64,000 bases of DNA from an uncultured Verrucomicrobiae bacterium (GTDB lineage Bacteria; Verrucomicrobiota; Verrucomicrobiia; Chthoniobacterales; JAFAMB01), in assembly GCA_963837955.1 (NCBI GenBank), contig CAWIPH010000002.1, positions 3,264,001-3,328,000 of the forward strand, read 5' to 3'. The notes beneath the pieces were generated by a model. The model made no database searches and had not been told where the DNA came from. It worked only from the letters and a program-made list of their open reading frames with translations. Positions 62,190 to 64,000 of the stretch are shown here, in pieces; position 1 is the stretch's first letter, and each line of letters opens with the position of its first letter. The position numbers and the translations under genes were made by a program.

Positions 62190-62325
62190 AGAAAACCAGA
62201 CATCGGCTTTATGCTTACGCGCGGAAGTCGAGTTGACGCGCGGGAACATCCCCCGCTGGCTCGCCGATATCTCCTAGCTTCTTAGCTCCTAAATTCCAAA
62301 TTCTAGATTCTAGATTCCTTCCACC

Positions 62326-63330
62326 CTACGTCTTCACCCGGGTCGAATGAATCCGGCGCTGTAGCCGGTTCGCGACCATGACCGTGACAAGCAACGCCCC
62401 GTAGAGAAGATCGCGAGCAAAATTATTCACAGACAGCAAATTGAGACCGCTCGACAGAAATTGAAGAGATAGTACGGCTAACACCAAACCCAACACGGTC
62501 CCAGAACCGCCATTCGGATTGACTCCCGCAAGGATATTGATCAATACGGCCAAGAGGAGATAGGAAGTGCCGTAATCGGGGTTCGCACTATTCGCCCGCG
62601 CCAGGATTAGCAATCCGGCGCACGACGCCATGACCCCGCTCAGAATGTATGTCAGCATGAGTACCCGGAACGTCGGGATGCCAGCAAAAGGGGCAGCTCG
62701 CGAATTAGTTCCGTACAGCCGCATCTGTTTGCCCAGTAACATGCGCGCGGTGACCACGTAGATCACGCCAAGCGCCAAAATAAAAACTAACAGCGGTACC
62801 GGAATCCCGAAAAAGGCCCCATTACCGACATATGCGTAGCCGCTGGGTAAGCCGGTAATTGAGCTCCCTTTCGTCAAAATGATCCCGACTCCGGCGAAGA
62901 ATTGCAGCGTCCCAAGCGTTGCTAGAATCGCCGGCAAACGCCAACCGGCGACAAGGAGGCCGTTGGTCGCCCCGGCGAGCACTCCAACCAGCAATGCCAC
63001 GGGCATAGCCAGCAGAAAAATCTGCTCCGGCAGACTGCGCATAAGGAATGCAGCGATGATTGCGCTTAAGTTAGCCACGCTGACCACGCTCAGATCGATA
63101 CCCCCGGTTAACATCGTCGGATGGATAGCTAACGCGAGAATGGCGAACTCGGGAAGTTGGTACGCCATCGAGCTCAGATTAGCGGCCGAGAGAAAGGCCC
63201 CCGGTCGGAGCGCACAAAACACTACAAAGATGATTACGGTGAAAATCGCCAACCGAATCACGTAGCGAGCGTTCTCCGACAAGGAGCGCGATTTTTTGTC
63301 TCGGGGGGCGTGGACGGCTTCTCGGTTCAC
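62326..63330 (-). CDS. Sugar ABC transporter permease
   Basis: GGIDLSV, PAILATLGT, G.N..AA.FAGI, ILAGVNPNGGSG. Confidence 0.88.
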   Translation of the reverse strand: MNREAVHAPRDKKSRSLSENARYVIRLAIFTVIIFVVFCALRPGAFLSAANLSSMAYQLPEFAILALAIHPTMLTGGIDLSVVSVANLSAIIAAFLMRSLPEQIFLLAMPVALLVGVLAGATNGLLVAGWRLPAILATLGTLQFFAGVGIILTKGSSITGLPSGYAYVGNGAFFGIPVPLLVFILALGVIYVVTARMLLGKQMRLYGTNSRAAPFAGIPTFRVLMLTYILSGVMASCAGLLILARANSANPDYGTSYLLLAVLINILAGVNPNGGSGTVLGLVLAVLSLQFLSSGLNLLSVNNFARDLLYGALLVTVMVANRLQRRIHSTRVKT

Positions 63331-63487
63331 GGCTGGAAAGCGTTTAGCATAAACTTCTCCGCGAGCCAGTCGAAAGACTGTAAACGTTTTCTTTTTCTTG
63401 ACACTGCCTAGCCCGAATCTCTAAGCAGAGCTTAACTATAGCGCTATAGGTACCCCCCAAAAAAGTTATTCCAACTGCAGAAAAATC

Positions 63488-64000
63488 ATGAGACCAAAAT
63501 TCTTGGTTCCCTCCCTTGTCGTCGTTTGTCTTGTTTTCCTCACAGGCTTTGCCAGCCGAAGTTCTGCCGAGGATAAGAAATATAATCTGGCCACCGTCGT
63601 GAAGATTAGTGGCATCAATTGGTTCAACTACATGGAAACGGGCGTAAAGAAATTCGCCCAGGATACGGGGAATCAAACCGTTCAACTCGGTCCCCCGGTT
63701 ACCGACTCCGCCCAACAAAACCAGATTATCGAAGACCTCATCGCCAAGAAGGTCGATGCGATTTGCGTGGTTCCCTTTCAGCCGCCGGCCATGGAACCAG
63801 TGCTGAAAAAAGCAATGGATAACCACATCGTGGTAATCGCTCACGAAGCGTCCAATATCCAGAACGCGGACTACGATCTCGAGGCTTTCGATAACACCGC
63901 TTTTGGCGAACATATCATGGAAAATCTCGCCCAAAGAATGAACTACGAAGGCGAGTATGCCGTCTTCGTCGGCAGCCTGACTTCAAAAACGCATAACGAA
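63488..64000 (+). CDS. Sugar/AI-2-type ABC substrate-binding protein (partial, runs off window)
   Basis: Hand translation: [57 protein letters not shown]. Confidence 0.85.
   Translation, partial: MRPKFLVPSLVVVCLVFLTGFASRSSAEDKKYNLATVVKISGINWFNYMETGVKKFAQDTGNQTVQLGPPVTDSAQQNQIIEDLIAKKVDAICVVPFQPPAMEPVLKKAMDNHIVVIAHEASNIQNADYDLEAFDNTAFGEHIMENLAQRMNYEGEYAVFVGSLTSKTHNE

Noticed and set aside
1..64000. tRNA, rRNA, transposase, integrase or prophage genes
   Set aside because: None recognised by eye on either strand.

Overview
A Gram-negative genome segment of roughly 55% GC (estimated by eye), probably from a Verrucomicrobia-like soil bacterium (inferred from arc-dop in a diderm context, GTAG/GGAG REP-like palindromes and heptamer repeats; not verified). 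Contents from left to right: (1) a surface-polysaccharide operon (OM beta-barrel, short Wza, Wzc, RfaH/NusG paralog with an ops-like site, Wzm/Wzt, methyltransferase, glycosyltransferases) carrying many single-base frameshifts that look like assembly errors; (2) small oxidoreductase/hydrolase genes and a TonB-dependent receptor; (3) an 11-kb co-oriented run of eight mostly uncharacterised genes: secreted helical protein, ABCG-type half-transporter with a long N-terminus, RyR-domain protein, Spy-like protein, signal-peptide methyltransferase, EamA transporter, HemN-like radical SAM and HydE-like radical SAM. This run is the best candidate for an undescribed system. (4) START protein and arc-dop without pup/ubact; (5) a 7x90-bp REP-like tandem array, cobalamin riboswitch-btuB and 2-oxoacid dehydrogenase E1a/E1b/E2; (6) a sigma54/IHF-driven small-protein locus, a Fur-boxed FTR1 and a sugar ABC transporter with a fused permease; (7) OprB, a phospholipid-synthesis trio, mtnK, a hyi-like gene, a CDF gene flanked by a 27-bp direct repeat, and a second sugar ABC locus running off the end. 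All calls rest on motif recognition by eye; no database searches were run.
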